Assembly: GCA_038257035.1 (NCBI GenBank)
Contig: JBBSJT010000004.1
Coordinates: forward strand, 1 to 53,208
DNA: 53,208 bases
DNA from: Chlamydiia bacterium
GTDB lineage: Bacteria > Chlamydiota > Chlamydiia > Chlamydiales > Parachlamydiaceae
Reading direction: 5' to 3'
Part shown: positions 1 through 9,185 of the stretch, piece by piece
How the letters are laid out: each line of letters begins with the position of its first letter
How positions within the stretch are numbered: the first letter of the stretch is position 1
Position numbers and translations under genes: made by a program
Notes under the pieces: generated by a model
Told to the model about the DNA's origin: nothing
The model's database searches: none
What the model saw: only the letters and a program-made list of their open reading frames with translations

Positions 1-443
1 CCAATATCCATCAACCCTCTTTTTAACATCAAAAAAACAGTGTCCAGTTTTCCGATTTTCATATTGATGGTAATTTTTGGGTAATCTTTTTTCAAACTAA
101 GTAAAATTGAAGAAATTAAATTCACAGCTATACTTTGCGTGCAAACAACATTAATTTGCCCCTGTATCACATCCGTATTTTCCTTGGAAACATCGTTAAT
201 TGCTTGCAGGGTTCTTAATATCTGCTGGGTTAAAAAAAAAACCTGCTCTCCTTGAGTTGTAAGTTTAAAACAATTGCGCTGATGGCTAATCAAGGGCATT
301 GCCAAAGCCTTTTCAAGTTTTTGAATCCCCTGACTGACGGCGGATTGTGTTATAAAGTTTCGTCTTGCAGATTCTGAAACACTTGAAGTCTCAACTGCAT
401 CATAGAAATATTTTAAATTATTAAGATTAAGTCCGTTATGCAT
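1..443 (-). CDS. LysR-family transcriptional regulator (3' end runs off the window; not in ORF track)
   Basis: Manual translation from ATG at 443: MHNGLNLNNLKYFYDAVETSSVSESARRNFITQSAVSQGIQKLEKALAMPLISH...FKLTTQGE, a typical LysR winged-HTH. Confidence 0.9.
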   Translation of the reverse strand, partial: MHNGLNLNNLKYFYDAVETSSVSESARRNFITQSAVSQGIQKLEKALAMPLISHQRNCFKLTTQGEQVFFLTQQILRTLQAINDVSKENTDVIQGQINVVCTQSIAVNLISSILLSLKKDYPKITINMKIGKLDTVFLMLKRGLMDI

Positions 444-444
444 T

Positions 445-459
445 ATAAGCTCCGCTAAT
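445..459. promoter_or_regulatory. Putative LysR binding box
   Basis: ATAAG-N5-CTAAT imperfect dyad with T-N11-A spacing (T446/A458) between the divergent lysR and PRT genes. Confidence 0.5.
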
Positions 460-549
460 GTATTTACCTAAAACATTAATTTTACCAAAACTTGATGAAT
501 ATTGCAAAATAGAAACAAGACAACAACAAATCAAAAAAAGAGGGTATAC

Positions 550-1074
550 ATGACGATATGTTTAGACAAACCTAATTCAACAGAACAACCGCTATATATG
601 GGAACAAAATTTCTGCATGTAAACTGGAGCGATTATGATAAAAAAATGATGCAGTTAAAAGAAATTATTGATGCATCAGGCTGGGAATTTAATCAAATTG
701 TCTGCATTGCAAGGGGTGGACTAACGCTTGGTGCAAAACTTTCTCATCATATGGACAAGCCCTTAGGTATCATCATTGCAAAGTCATACAAAGGTGAAAA
801 TGAAATGAGCCAAGGAAAGCTTGTTATTTCTAAAATCGCAACAATAGAAGCTCTTGGAAATAAAATATTATTGCTTGATGATCTTGTGGATTCTGGTGAA
901 ACAATGCCAGAAATCATAAAACATATTAGAATGAATCATCCGGAAGTGGAAATTCGAACAGGGGTACTTTGGTATAAGACATCTTCCAAATATGAACCGG
1001 ATTATTATGTCGATACTGTCGTAAAAAATGAGACAACAGACACATGGATCGTTCAGCCCTTCGAAAAATCCTAG
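550..1074 (+). CDS. Type I phosphoribosyltransferase (xanthine/guanine PRT-like)
   Basis: IVCIARGG motif, PRPP-binding ILLLDDLVDSGET, WIVQPFE tail; ATG at 550 after AGAGGG preferred to TTG at 502. Confidence 0.85.
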   Translation: MTICLDKPNSTEQPLYMGTKFLHVNWSDYDKKMMQLKEIIDASGWEFNQIVCIARGGLTLGAKLSHHMDKPLGIIIAKSYKGENEMSQGKLVISKIATIEALGNKILLLDDLVDSGETMPEIIKHIRMNHPEVEIRTGVLWYKTSSKYEPDYYVDTVVKNETTDTWIVQPFEKS

Positions 1075-1076
1075 CC

Positions 1077-1329
1077 ATACCGTTAGGGTGGCTCTTTTCA
1101 CCGCGAAGAGCGCGAAGAAGCGCAGCTTCGCTGCGAGAAGAATCGCGAAGAGGAGCGCTTACGCGCGATAGAAGAAGGGAAAATTTAAAAAGCATTACTA
1201 AATCCTAAAGATCTTAGCTATATTTTTATTTTTTCGCGCTTATTAAGCGCGCTTTCTTCGCGCTCCTTCCCGCAGCGAAGCTGCGCTTCTTCGCGTCCTT
1301 CGCGGTAAAAAGAGCCACCCTAACGGTAT
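1077..1329. repeat. Long inverted-repeat element, CGCGAAG family (A)
   Basis: ATACCGTTAGGGTGGCTCTTTTCACCGCGAAG... pairs with ...CTTCGCGGTAAAAAGAGCCACCCTAACGGTAT around an AT-rich loop. Confidence 0.9.
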
Positions 1330-1412
1330 AAAGAGCGTTAGCACCTCTTAATCCCCTATGTAGAACACTGTGCTCTCTGTGGTAAAAAAACTTTGGTAAA
1401 ACTAGCGCTCTA

Positions 1413-2111
1413 TTATTCGGTGTCGTCGAGCAAGAAACGGTAACCCACGCCACGCACAGTTTCGATAGCATCGAAATTGGGCCCAAGTTTCTTTCTTAAA
1501 GAAGCAATATGGACATCGATATTTCTATCAATTACAAAAGCATCGCTATTTTGAATATCGTCTAATAAGTGGTTTCTTGTTAAAACCTTACCTTTATTGA
1601 CAACTAATCGTTTTAAAATTCCAAATTCAGATAAAGTAAGTGGGATGCTTTTATCATTCTTTCTTAACAAATAACGATCTACTTCCAAAGCAAATGGCCC
1701 AAATTCAATGATTTTAGCTGATTTTTCCTGCGGTTCAGTTCCGCGTCTTAAAATAGCTCTGATTCTAGAAAAAAGAACTTTTGGCGAAAAAGGTTTAGTT
1801 ACATAGTCATCAGCTCCTAACTCAAGACCCAAAATTATATCAATTTCTTCGCCTTTTGCTGAAACCATCATAACAGGAATGTCTTTTAGCGCTTCGTTAC
1901 TCTTCATTTTTCGGCAAATATCAAGACCGCTTAGGCCGGGAAGCATAATATCAAGAATGACCATATCCGGCTTTTCCTTCTCAATCGTTCGGTAGCCGTT
2001 TAGTCCATCGACTTCTACAAAAATTTTATAACCTGAAATTTCGGCCTGTAATTTGATCAAAGCGGCTATATCTTCTTCATCTTCGACTAAGACAATTTTT
2101 GGCTTTTGCAT
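1413..2111 (-). CDS. OmpR/PhoB-family response regulator
   Basis: Receiver domain (LVEDE, LDIMLPG, GADDYVTKPF) plus winged helix (RNIDVHIASLRKKL, ETVRGVGYRF). Confidence 0.95.
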   Translation of the reverse strand: MQKPKIVLVEDEEDIAALIKLQAEISGYKIFVEVDGLNGYRTIEKEKPDMVILDIMLPGLSGLDICRKMKSNEALKDIPVMMVSAKGEEIDIILGLELGADDYVTKPFSPKVLFSRIRAILRRGTEPQEKSAKIIEFGPFALEVDRYLLRKNDKSIPLTLSEFGILKRLVVNKGKVLTRNHLLDDIQNSDAFVIDRNIDVHIASLRKKLGPNFDAIETVRGVGYRFLLDDTE

Positions 2112-2254
2112 AATTCACCTTTTTATAAAAAAAATAGTATATACTCACATCTTTATTAAAACATTTTTATTAATTAATTGCATCATATTTTTATTGATTC
2201 TTAATAAAAATTAATTTATCATCTAAGGAAAGGTTAATATCAGGCAAGTTTTTT

Positions 2255-4027
2255 ATGAAGTTTTACATTAAAGCGACAATCTTTACATCGTTCATTTTCA
2301 TTTGCTTGTCTTTGGGACTTTTTATTAAGAATTCGCAATCAAATCATAACCAAGTCTACCGTTTATTTGAGGCGGCCGATTACAAAATGGCACTTGCCTA
2401 CACAAATGAATTAGAAGAAAGCTCAAATTCAGCTAAATTCCCCCTTTATAAAGCCTATATATTAAGAGAACAAGATAAGCTAACTGAATCAACAGTGGCT
2501 TTAAAAAAAGCTCTAAGACGGCTCAAACCAAGCCAAAATGTAGACCTTGCAGAAGAAATTCATCTAAATTTATTGCTTAATAGTTTTTTAAGTCGCGATC
2601 TTGATCAGTTCCAAGAATCCTTAAGCAATTTTAGACCGTCACCCTCCAGTCTTAATCCTCATATCGATCTATTCTTTGCAATTGAGGCTTTTTTAAATCG
2701 AGACTACCAAAAAGCATTGCCTATTTTTCAAAAGCATCAATTACATCATTCTTCTCTTCATCACACTTACTTTTCTCCTTGGATGAAACTAGCATTTGAA
2801 AAAAATTTTAACAAAGAGTGGCTTAACAAGCATATTGTTCTCTGTCTCGTTGAAGAATCTTTGTATAGTCTTGCCAACAAAAAACTGGATGAGATGCTAG
2901 AGGATAATGAAGATGCTGACTCTGTCCATTTATTACGAAGTTTTTGCTATTTTAAGCAAAGCGAAGAGAATCCATGTGAAATAGCCCTGACTCTACATGC
3001 CTCTGCTCTTCATGAAATTGATGTTTTAAATCTTGATAAAATTCGAAACGACAAAGATTTAGCTGATGATTTAAAAAAAATGGTTTTAAGCTTGCAGACA
3101 CACATTTTAAGATTTGCAAAAACAGGATCCTTGGATGAATTTTCTCTCTACTTAAATTCCTTTCAATTTTTTGCAAATGAACAAGAAATTGAAATTTTAG
3201 CAAAGCTTCTTATAAAGATCATTAATGAATTGGAAAAAGACACTATTATAACTCTTTTACAAAAAATTGAGGGCAAAACACTTGTCAAGCTGCTTTACAT
3301 TAACAGACAACTTATGGAAGAGATGATTAAAAAAGGGGATTTGGAAAACCTCCATAAAACGATGCAGTTAATGAAGCCTTTCAACAACAAAGATTTTGAT
3401 TTTGTTGCTTCAATTAATCAAATTGCTACAGAATTTGCTCTGACTTGTCTTAAGGGTGCCAAAACAGAACTTGGAATTAGCCTTCTTAACTTTTTTAGCC
3501 AACATGAGACTGATCCGAAATTAAGACTTGGGCTTGCAAAAAAATTAGTAGATTTGGCAAAGTATTCATGGCTTCAAGAGAACTATGAGAAAGCAATTAA
3601 GATTTGGAAAATAGCAAAAGATTTCCCGAGCGATCAAGACAAACCTTTAATTTTAGAAAACCTTGAGCAAACGATTTTTTCAATCTATAAAAATGCAGAA
3701 AACTATGAACTTAGTATTCCTTGCTTTTATGCAGCAAAAGCCGTTAAAATTTTGGAGTTAAACCGCGTAACTCTGTGTAATCAGAAACAAAAAAACCGCA
3801 TCCTGGAAGATGCCACTTATTTTTATTCCAAGGGCCATAGCACCATCGCTCGTGAAAAGGCTTTATTCATCCTTGAAATTGATCCTGAAAATGAAGTTGC
3901 CAACCGCATCATTGGGCTGATCGCTTACGAAAATGGTAATTTTGAAAGAGCTTATGCCCATTTAGTTAAAATAAAGCAGCCCAATTTAAATATTTTAGAA
4001 ATCTTAAAACAGATAAAAAAAGAGTAA
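2255..4027 (+). CDS. Hypothetical membrane-anchored helical/TPR-like protein
   Basis: 590-aa ORF with N-terminal hydrophobic anchor and C-terminal TPR-like segment (ILEIDPENEVANRIIGLIAYENGNFERA). Confidence 0.65.
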   Translation: MKFYIKATIFTSFIFICLSLGLFIKNSQSNHNQVYRLFEAADYKMALAYTNELEESSNSAKFPLYKAYILREQDKLTESTVALKKALRRLKPSQNVDLAEEIHLNLLLNSFLSRDLDQFQESLSNFRPSPSSLNPHIDLFFAIEAFLNRDYQKALPIFQKHQLHHSSLHHTYFSPWMKLAFEKNFNKEWLNKHIVLCLVEESLYSLANKKLDEMLEDNEDADSVHLLRSFCYFKQSEENPCEIALTLHASALHEIDVLNLDKIRNDKDLADDLKKMVLSLQTHILRFAKTGSLDEFSLYLNSFQFFANEQEIEILAKLLIKIINELEKDTIITLLQKIEGKTLVKLLYINRQLMEEMIKKGDLENLHKTMQLMKPFNNKDFDFVASINQIATEFALTCLKGAKTELGISLLNFFSQHETDPKLRLGLAKKLVDLAKYSWLQENYEKAIKIWKIAKDFPSDQDKPLILENLEQTIFSIYKNAENYELSIPCFYAAKAVKILELNRVTLCNQKQKNRILEDATYFYSKGHSTIAREKALFILEIDPENEVANRIIGLIAYENGNFERAYAHLVKIKQPNLNILEILKQIKKE

Positions 4028-4033
4028 AACATT

Positions 4034-4954
4034 ATGTTCTTAGTTATTCTCCTCTATGCCCTATTTGCAAGTGTTTTTACTATATCAAAAATTGGCCTTG
4101 AATATTCCGATCCTTTATTTTTCGTAGGATCAAGAATGATGCTTGCCGGCCTCATTCTTCTTGCCTTTCAATTTTTTTATCACAGAGAATCATTTTTTGT
4201 AAAAAAAGAGCATTTTTTTCGAATTTTTCGTTTAGCTCTCTTCAATATTTATTTGACAAATGTCTTTGAATTTTGGGGACTTAAGCATCTTACATCCTTT
4301 AAAACCTGTTTTATTTATAGCCTTTCGCCATTTGTTTCAGCCCTGCTCTCTTATATGATTTTCACAGAAAGGCTAACTTTAAAAAAGTGGATTGGACTCA
4401 TCGTTGGCTTTTTGGGATTTATCCCAATTCTTTTAAGTCAAACGGCCTTGGAAGAAGAGACCGGTCATCTGTTCTATCTTTCATTTGCTGAACTTGCAGT
4501 CATAGGAGCCGTATTTTCAAGCGTTTATGGATGGATCTTACTAAGTCAGCTTGTCAAAGAAAATGGTTATTCACCTTTTATGGCCAATGGTCTTAGTATG
4601 GCACTTGGTGGTGCTATGTCACTTTTCCACTCATCGTTGATTGAAAATTGGAACCCCTCTCCTGTTTCCTCTTGGATGCCATTTTTGTCCTGCACATTTT
4701 TGCTTATTGTTATCTCCAATATCATCTGCTACAATCTGTATGGAGAATTGCTTAAAAAATATTCACCAACTTTTATGTCGGTTGCAGGATTTACAACAGC
4801 TTTCTTTAGTGCATTATTCGGTTGGATTTACCTTGGCGAAGTCATCACATGGCCGTTTTATTTGTCAGCAATGATCGTTTTTTGTGGCCTTTTGCTTTTC
4901 TATAGACAAGAAATTGAAGACTCAAGAAACAAAACCGTTGAAAATTTCATCTGA
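4034..4954 (+). CDS. DMT/EamA-family transporter (resembles the chlamydial SAM/SAH transporter type)
   Basis: About 10 TM segments with two EamA-like halves; PLFFVGSRMMLAG motif; substrate assignment is tentative. Confidence 0.8.
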   Translation: MFLVILLYALFASVFTISKIGLEYSDPLFFVGSRMMLAGLILLAFQFFYHRESFFVKKEHFFRIFRLALFNIYLTNVFEFWGLKHLTSFKTCFIYSLSPFVSALLSYMIFTERLTLKKWIGLIVGFLGFIPILLSQTALEEETGHLFYLSFAELAVIGAVFSSVYGWILLSQLVKENGYSPFMANGLSMALGGAMSLFHSSLIENWNPSPVSSWMPFLSCTFLLIVISNIICYNLYGELLKKYSPTFMSVAGFTTAFFSALFGWIYLGEVITWPFYLSAMIVFCGLLLFYRQEIEDSRNKTVENFI

Positions 4955-4974
4955 ACCTATTATAAGCTAAGTTT

Positions 4975-6033
4975 ATGAACGCTTCTAAACTAAATTATGA
5001 AATTGCAAACTCTTATGCAAAATGCGCTTCTGATCATGAAATAAAAAAAGTGATCGAGCCTATTTTTCCAAAGTTTGACAAACTTTTGAAATTTTACGTA
5101 AAATTTCATCTTTTTTTTCTCTTTCTAGGGTTTAGTGAATTGATATTATTAGCAGTATCCTTTCAGTTTTTGAAAGAGTCGGCTTGGATCGCCTTTGGCT
5201 TTGGTTTTCTTTTTTTAACTCTTTTTTCCTATTTTATTTTAAGACTTTACTTCCAAACGCAAAAACCCATTCAGTTAGACGATCTCAAACAACAATACGA
5301 AAAAAATTGCAAAGAGCTTATTTCCTACTCAGAAGGTAATCCTGAAAGTTATATTACTCTTGCAAATGCCTACTGCAAACTTGCAAATAGTTTGCATAGA
5401 AAAGAATCTCTTATCTTTAGATTTCCATCATTCATTGCAGTAAGGGCTAAAAAATTAAACATTTGGATGGAAAAATTTAGCTCATGGTGGCTTTATGAAG
5501 ATGTACATCGCATAAAAGAGCTTCTTTTGCTTGCGGCTGTAGCAGAGCATATTAAAGTTGTCAAGTGTGAACCTATAAGTCAAGCAGCCCACGCAGCACT
5601 TGCAAATGCTTATGTAATGCTCTCCGGACTTTATGCATCGATTGAAAAAATCGAACCCTCGACAGATGAGCCAAAAAAAGTTTTAAAATCTACCGTTTCA
5701 CCTGAAATGGAACAAAAATTTCGACTCACTGCTGAAAGGGCTATTGAAGAATTTAAAATTATTTGTGATTATGCCCCGGAAGATCCTTGGGTGCATAAGC
5801 AACTTGCTTTTAGCTATCATGACCTGCAAATGCCTAACGAAGAAATCAAAGAATATGAAATTGTTTTAAAGATCAATCCGGATGATAAAGACACTCTTTA
5901 TAAATTAGGAATTCTCTATTTTCAAGAAGGATTTAACGCAAAAGGTTTAAGACTTTATGAAGAACTCAAAAAACAAAATCCAAAAAAAGCAGATCAACTT
6001 ATTACCTATTATGCAGCTTACACACCGTTTTAG
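4975..6033 (+). CDS. Membrane protein with C-terminal TPR repeats
   Basis: Two N-terminal TM helices; TPRs PEDPWVHKQLAFSY and NPDDKDTLYKLGILYFQEG. Confidence 0.75.
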   Translation: MNASKLNYEIANSYAKCASDHEIKKVIEPIFPKFDKLLKFYVKFHLFFLFLGFSELILLAVSFQFLKESAWIAFGFGFLFLTLFSYFILRLYFQTQKPIQLDDLKQQYEKNCKELISYSEGNPESYITLANAYCKLANSLHRKESLIFRFPSFIAVRAKKLNIWMEKFSSWWLYEDVHRIKELLLLAAVAEHIKVVKCEPISQAAHAALANAYVMLSGLYASIEKIEPSTDEPKKVLKSTVSPEMEQKFRLTAERAIEEFKIICDYAPEDPWVHKQLAFSYHDLQMPNEEIKEYEIVLKINPDDKDTLYKLGILYFQEGFNAKGLRLYEELKKQNPKKADQLITYYAAYTPF

Positions 6034-6469
6034 AAATATTTTCAGTCTATTTGCTCTTCTTTTTTTTACCACATTGTGCCTTGCTGATAATGAGGCACTT
6101 CAAGATCTTGAAGATAGATTACTCCTATATCCTCCATCCAAAGATGATTATGCACCCATTATTGAAACGGTAGAACAGCAGCTTTTAGCTATTCGCGGTT
6201 ACAATTATGATAGGGCCTATTATTTTTACACTTCCGATGCATTTCGTCAAAGGACAACGTACCCAGATTTCCTACGATTTGTTAAGGGAAATCAGGTTTT
6301 AGTCAACAATAAATCCATTTCACAATCTTCAGTCTCAATTGATAAAAATTATGGCTACTATAGTGGTTTAATCTCTTCAAATGACGGATCGATCCGAAAA
6401 ATTCAATATCAACTTGTAATAGAGAATGACTCCTGGAAGATTCAGAGTATTGTTTTCCCCAAGAAATAG
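6010..6469 (+). CDS. Exported DUF4864-like protein (start approximate)
   Basis: Signal peptide (FSLFALLFFTTLCLA); EQQLLAIRGYNYDRAYYFYTSDAF motif; WKIQSI C-terminus; ORF track start is 5957. Confidence 0.55.
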
Positions 6470-6500
6470 TTTTAAAGGGCTTTAGGGGGGACGTTAATAA

Positions 6501-6692
6501 GGGATTTTTAAAGGACAAAAAGGACTAAAAGGACATAAAGGACTAAAAGGACATTTCCACCGTCTTGAAAGTGTATTCAAGGCGCTTTATAATAAATAAC
6601 TATTGTGATATGATCTATAAAGTTGTTTTTTGTCCTTTTCGTCCTTTTCGTCCTTTTCGTCCTTTTTGTCCTTTTTGTCCTTTTTGCCCTTT
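6501..6692. repeat. Long inverted-repeat element, AAGGAC 9-mer family (B)
   Basis: GGGATTTTTAAAGGAC(AAAAAGGAC/TAAAAGGAC)n ... (GTCCTTTT[C/T])n; homologous to the copies at 32338 and 49613. Confidence 0.9.
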
Positions 6693-6720
6693 TTATTGGT
6701 TAACTACTTGCTGTACAAGC

Positions 6721-7018
6721 TTAAAGGTATAACCCTCCCTTGTTGCAGCGTCTGCAAAATCAACTAAATTGTGATTGTTATTTTCAAGGTCTCTTAATTG
6801 AGTAAGAGGCAACTGGGGTAAATCAATCTCTTGAGGATCTGTTAACCCAATAGCAATTAAATCACATTTTTTAGCTATCAGAGTAGCTTGGTGAGTAAAA
6901 TCATCAGATATAAAATCTGAAATAAGAAAGTAAACTCCTGATTTCAACAATACATTTACAATGAAGTCCAAAACGTTGCCAATATCTGTTTTCAAATTTT
7001 TTGGAGTAAAGACAAGCA
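6721..7018 (-). pseudogene. Duplicated internal fragment of the DUF58 gene
   Basis: Colinear with 9322-9619 (offset 2601); 17 mismatches counted in about 298 bp; lacks both gene ends. Confidence 0.9.
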
Positions 7019-7190
7019 CTTCCTTTAATCATCTATGATACACTGGAATCTTTTATTTCTTTCGGGCAACTCATTTTAAATATTCCTATTTGTAGTAAGT
7101 TACTACCTTAAGATAGCTATGTGGATATGTTCAAGACTTATTTTCTTAGTAAAGTTTAAAACCGTTTAGGATTTGTTTCAATTTTTTTTC

Positions 7191-7219
7191 TTGCAAATAA
7201 CGATTCACAAATATATAAC
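7191..7219 (+). promoter_or_regulatory. Putative sigma70/sigma66 promoter
   Basis: TTGCAA-N17-TATAAC upstream of the ORFs at 7277/7384. Confidence 0.4.
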
Positions 7220-7383
7220 CTTACATTTAGCAAAATATATTAATCCTAAAAAATAAATCATAAAGAGTTTTTTAAAATGTTTCATTTTATCCTTTTCCTT
7301 AATACTGGTATTTGTTCGTTTATAATCGCCAGATCTATTTGTACATATCAAACTAGCAACTATTCTAAACTTATAAGGCTTAC

Positions 7384-8043
7384 ATGTTTACTTACGTCTG
7401 TTACTTTCGTTTCTGTTTTGTTTTTTGCTTTAGTGTACAAATACTTTCACTTAATTCTCGAGTAGAAGCACAAACATCAAATTGCGAATATAATTTTGAT
7501 GCCAACGCTATCAATAATTGTCATACTCTAGATGATAAAATTGATTGTTTTATTGATGCAGGGATGCAATATCAACAAGAAACTTCTAAAAAATTTAAAT
7601 ATAAAAAGTTCCTTAAACAGGCTTATAAGCATTTAGAGGGACAGAATATCAAGGTTGATAAAAAATTAAAAAAAGATATGGACAGACTCGTTCAAAATAG
7701 AATAAATGAACGTTTTTTTGGACATCAAGCAAACAAAACAAGTGCGGGACGAGCAAGCCCAGGACAAGCAAATCGACATAACCCCAACGGTGATTATCCA
7801 AATATTTTTAGGGAAGCTATCATAGAAATAAGTACTGGGGCTGTAATGTTAGTATCCGAAATTCCTCCCGTACAAATTGTTGGTGGTGGTCTTGTTGTAA
7901 GCGGTGTAATAAAACTTACAAGTGCAACAATAAATTTTGTATGGCCGGAACCAGATGAAAGAGACAGACCAAGAGAAAGGGACAGGGACGGTGAAAGACC
8001 TTCAATGGCGGATAGAGAAAGAGATGGAGAAAGGGGTAGATGA
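7384..8043 (+). CDS. Hypothetical exported/membrane protein
   Basis: 219-aa ORF with hydrophobic N-terminus, GGGLVVSG hydrophobic hairpin and R/D/E-rich tail; start uncertain (overlapping ORF 7277-7465). Confidence 0.6.
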   Translation: MFTYVCYFRFCFVFCFSVQILSLNSRVEAQTSNCEYNFDANAINNCHTLDDKIDCFIDAGMQYQQETSKKFKYKKFLKQAYKHLEGQNIKVDKKLKKDMDRLVQNRINERFFGHQANKTSAGRASPGQANRHNPNGDYPNIFREAIIEISTGAVMLVSEIPPVQIVGGGLVVSGVIKLTSATINFVWPEPDERDRPRERDRDGERPSMADRERDGERGR

Positions 8044-8053
8044 CCAAGATAAA

Positions 8054-8141
8054 GGGAGTGTCCGAAATTTTGTGTAAATAAAATAGACTAAGAGTTAAAA
8101 TTCTTAGTCTATTTTATTTACTCAAAATTTCGGACACTCCC
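8054..8141. repeat. Near-perfect 40-bp-arm hairpin (MITE-like and/or bidirectional terminator)
   Basis: 8054-8093 is the reverse complement of 8102-8141 with one mismatch; 8-nt loop; lies between convergent genes. Confidence 0.85.
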
Positions 8142-8217
8142 CCCTTGAATTACTGAAGGTTGATATTATCTTGGCTTTAGTGCCGCGAGAGCGATCGTGC
8201 ATATCCTGTAAAAAAAA

Positions 8218-9021
8218 TTATTGATTAATGATTTGCTGAACGAAGGAATATGCCTTATCGATGTCGGCAGGGGTTGGTTTTTCTTTTCCAAATTTGACTA
8301 AGTCTGCTAGCACCAAAAGCTGCTTCAAAGAATCCTTTGGAAGATGCTGATCATCCTTAATGACCTCTAAAAATTCATTTGTTGTCTTAGCTTTTGTTTT
8401 AATGCCATACCCCTCTTCAAGATACTCCCGTAGTATATTTGTCAAAGTCTCATAACGTATTTTGGGGTCTTTTGTTAATTTTTCAAGGCTTTCATTTGCT
8501 TTAATTTTAGAAGTTTTTAAAGTGTCGATAACAGGTTTTTCTTTGGATTTTGAAAATTTAATTATCCCTAAAATGAAAAGACCTGCAAGGGTTGCCAGAA
8601 AAAGTTTATCCCAGGGGAAATTTCGTGTTTTTGCAATTGCTTTATTTCGCTCTATTTGACTTAAACTGTCTTGTTTGATTATTTGACTGCTTGTTTCATC
8701 TAGTTCGATTGGAATTTTTTTGGAAAAGTCAAGTAAGCCCGCTGGAGTACCCACAGAATCTGCATTTAACATTGTAGTGGCTAAACATAAGCAAATAAAA
8801 ATATATACTGGTTCGGCTGGAAAGTAAAAAGTTTCTGATTTTTTCAACGCAGAGACGCAGAGACGCAGAGACGCAGAGAAGCGCGCTAAAGCGCGAAAAG
8901 AACAAGAAAAGTCAACCGTTTTTCGTAGCTTAGAAAAGGATTTAATTTTTCGTTTTTCGCGCTTTAGCGCGCTTCTCTCTCGTCTCTTGCGTCTATTAAG
9001 TCTCTGCGTTGAAAAAATCAT
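8218..9021 (-). CDS. Hypothetical membrane protein of the MoxR/DUF58 (Bat-like) cluster; true start probably near 8770-8820
   Basis: TM helix then LREYLE...TTNEFL...LADLVKF, typical of genes downstream of DUF58; first ~60 codons are read-through of a repeat element. Confidence 0.65.
   Translation of the reverse strand: MIFSTQRLNRRKRRERSALKREKRKIKSFSKLRKTVDFSCSFRALARFSASLRLCVSALKKSETFYFPAEPVYIFICLCLATTMLNADSVGTPAGLLDFSKKIPIELDETSSQIIKQDSLSQIERNKAIAKTRNFPWDKLFLATLAGLFILGIIKFSKSKEKPVIDTLKTSKIKANESLEKLTKDPKIRYETLTNILREYLEEGYGIKTKAKTTNEFLEVIKDDQHLPKDSLKQLLVLADLVKFGKEKPTPADIDKAYSFVQQIINQ
8836..9020. repeat. Long inverted-repeat element, ACGCAGAG 8-mer family (C)
   Basis: TGATTTTTTCA(ACGCAGAG)x4 AAGCGCGCTAAAGCGCG ... 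CGCGCTTTAGCGCGCTTCTC ... GTCTCTGCGTTGAAAAAATCA. Confidence 0.9.
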
Positions 9022-9185
9022 ATGCGTTTAAATAAATCTCTTTATAGTATTATCTTAATTTTTTTAAATTTTTCATTTTGAAGTAGAACGTGTTATATTT
9101 CATTTTAAAATAAACTTTTATTTTTTTAACTTCTTCCACTCACTTGCCTTCTCTCTCTTGATCTCAGTGTCCTCTGTGGTAAAAA

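Noticed and set aside
868..1486. ORFs 868-1101, 926-1195 and 1226-1486
   Set aside because: Antisense or overlapping frames kept open by the GC-rich family A palindrome; no protein motifs
6501..6692. Simple microsatellite or phase-variation tract
   Set aside because: The 9-mers form complementary arms of an element repeated at three loci, rather than a lone slippage tract in a gene or promoter
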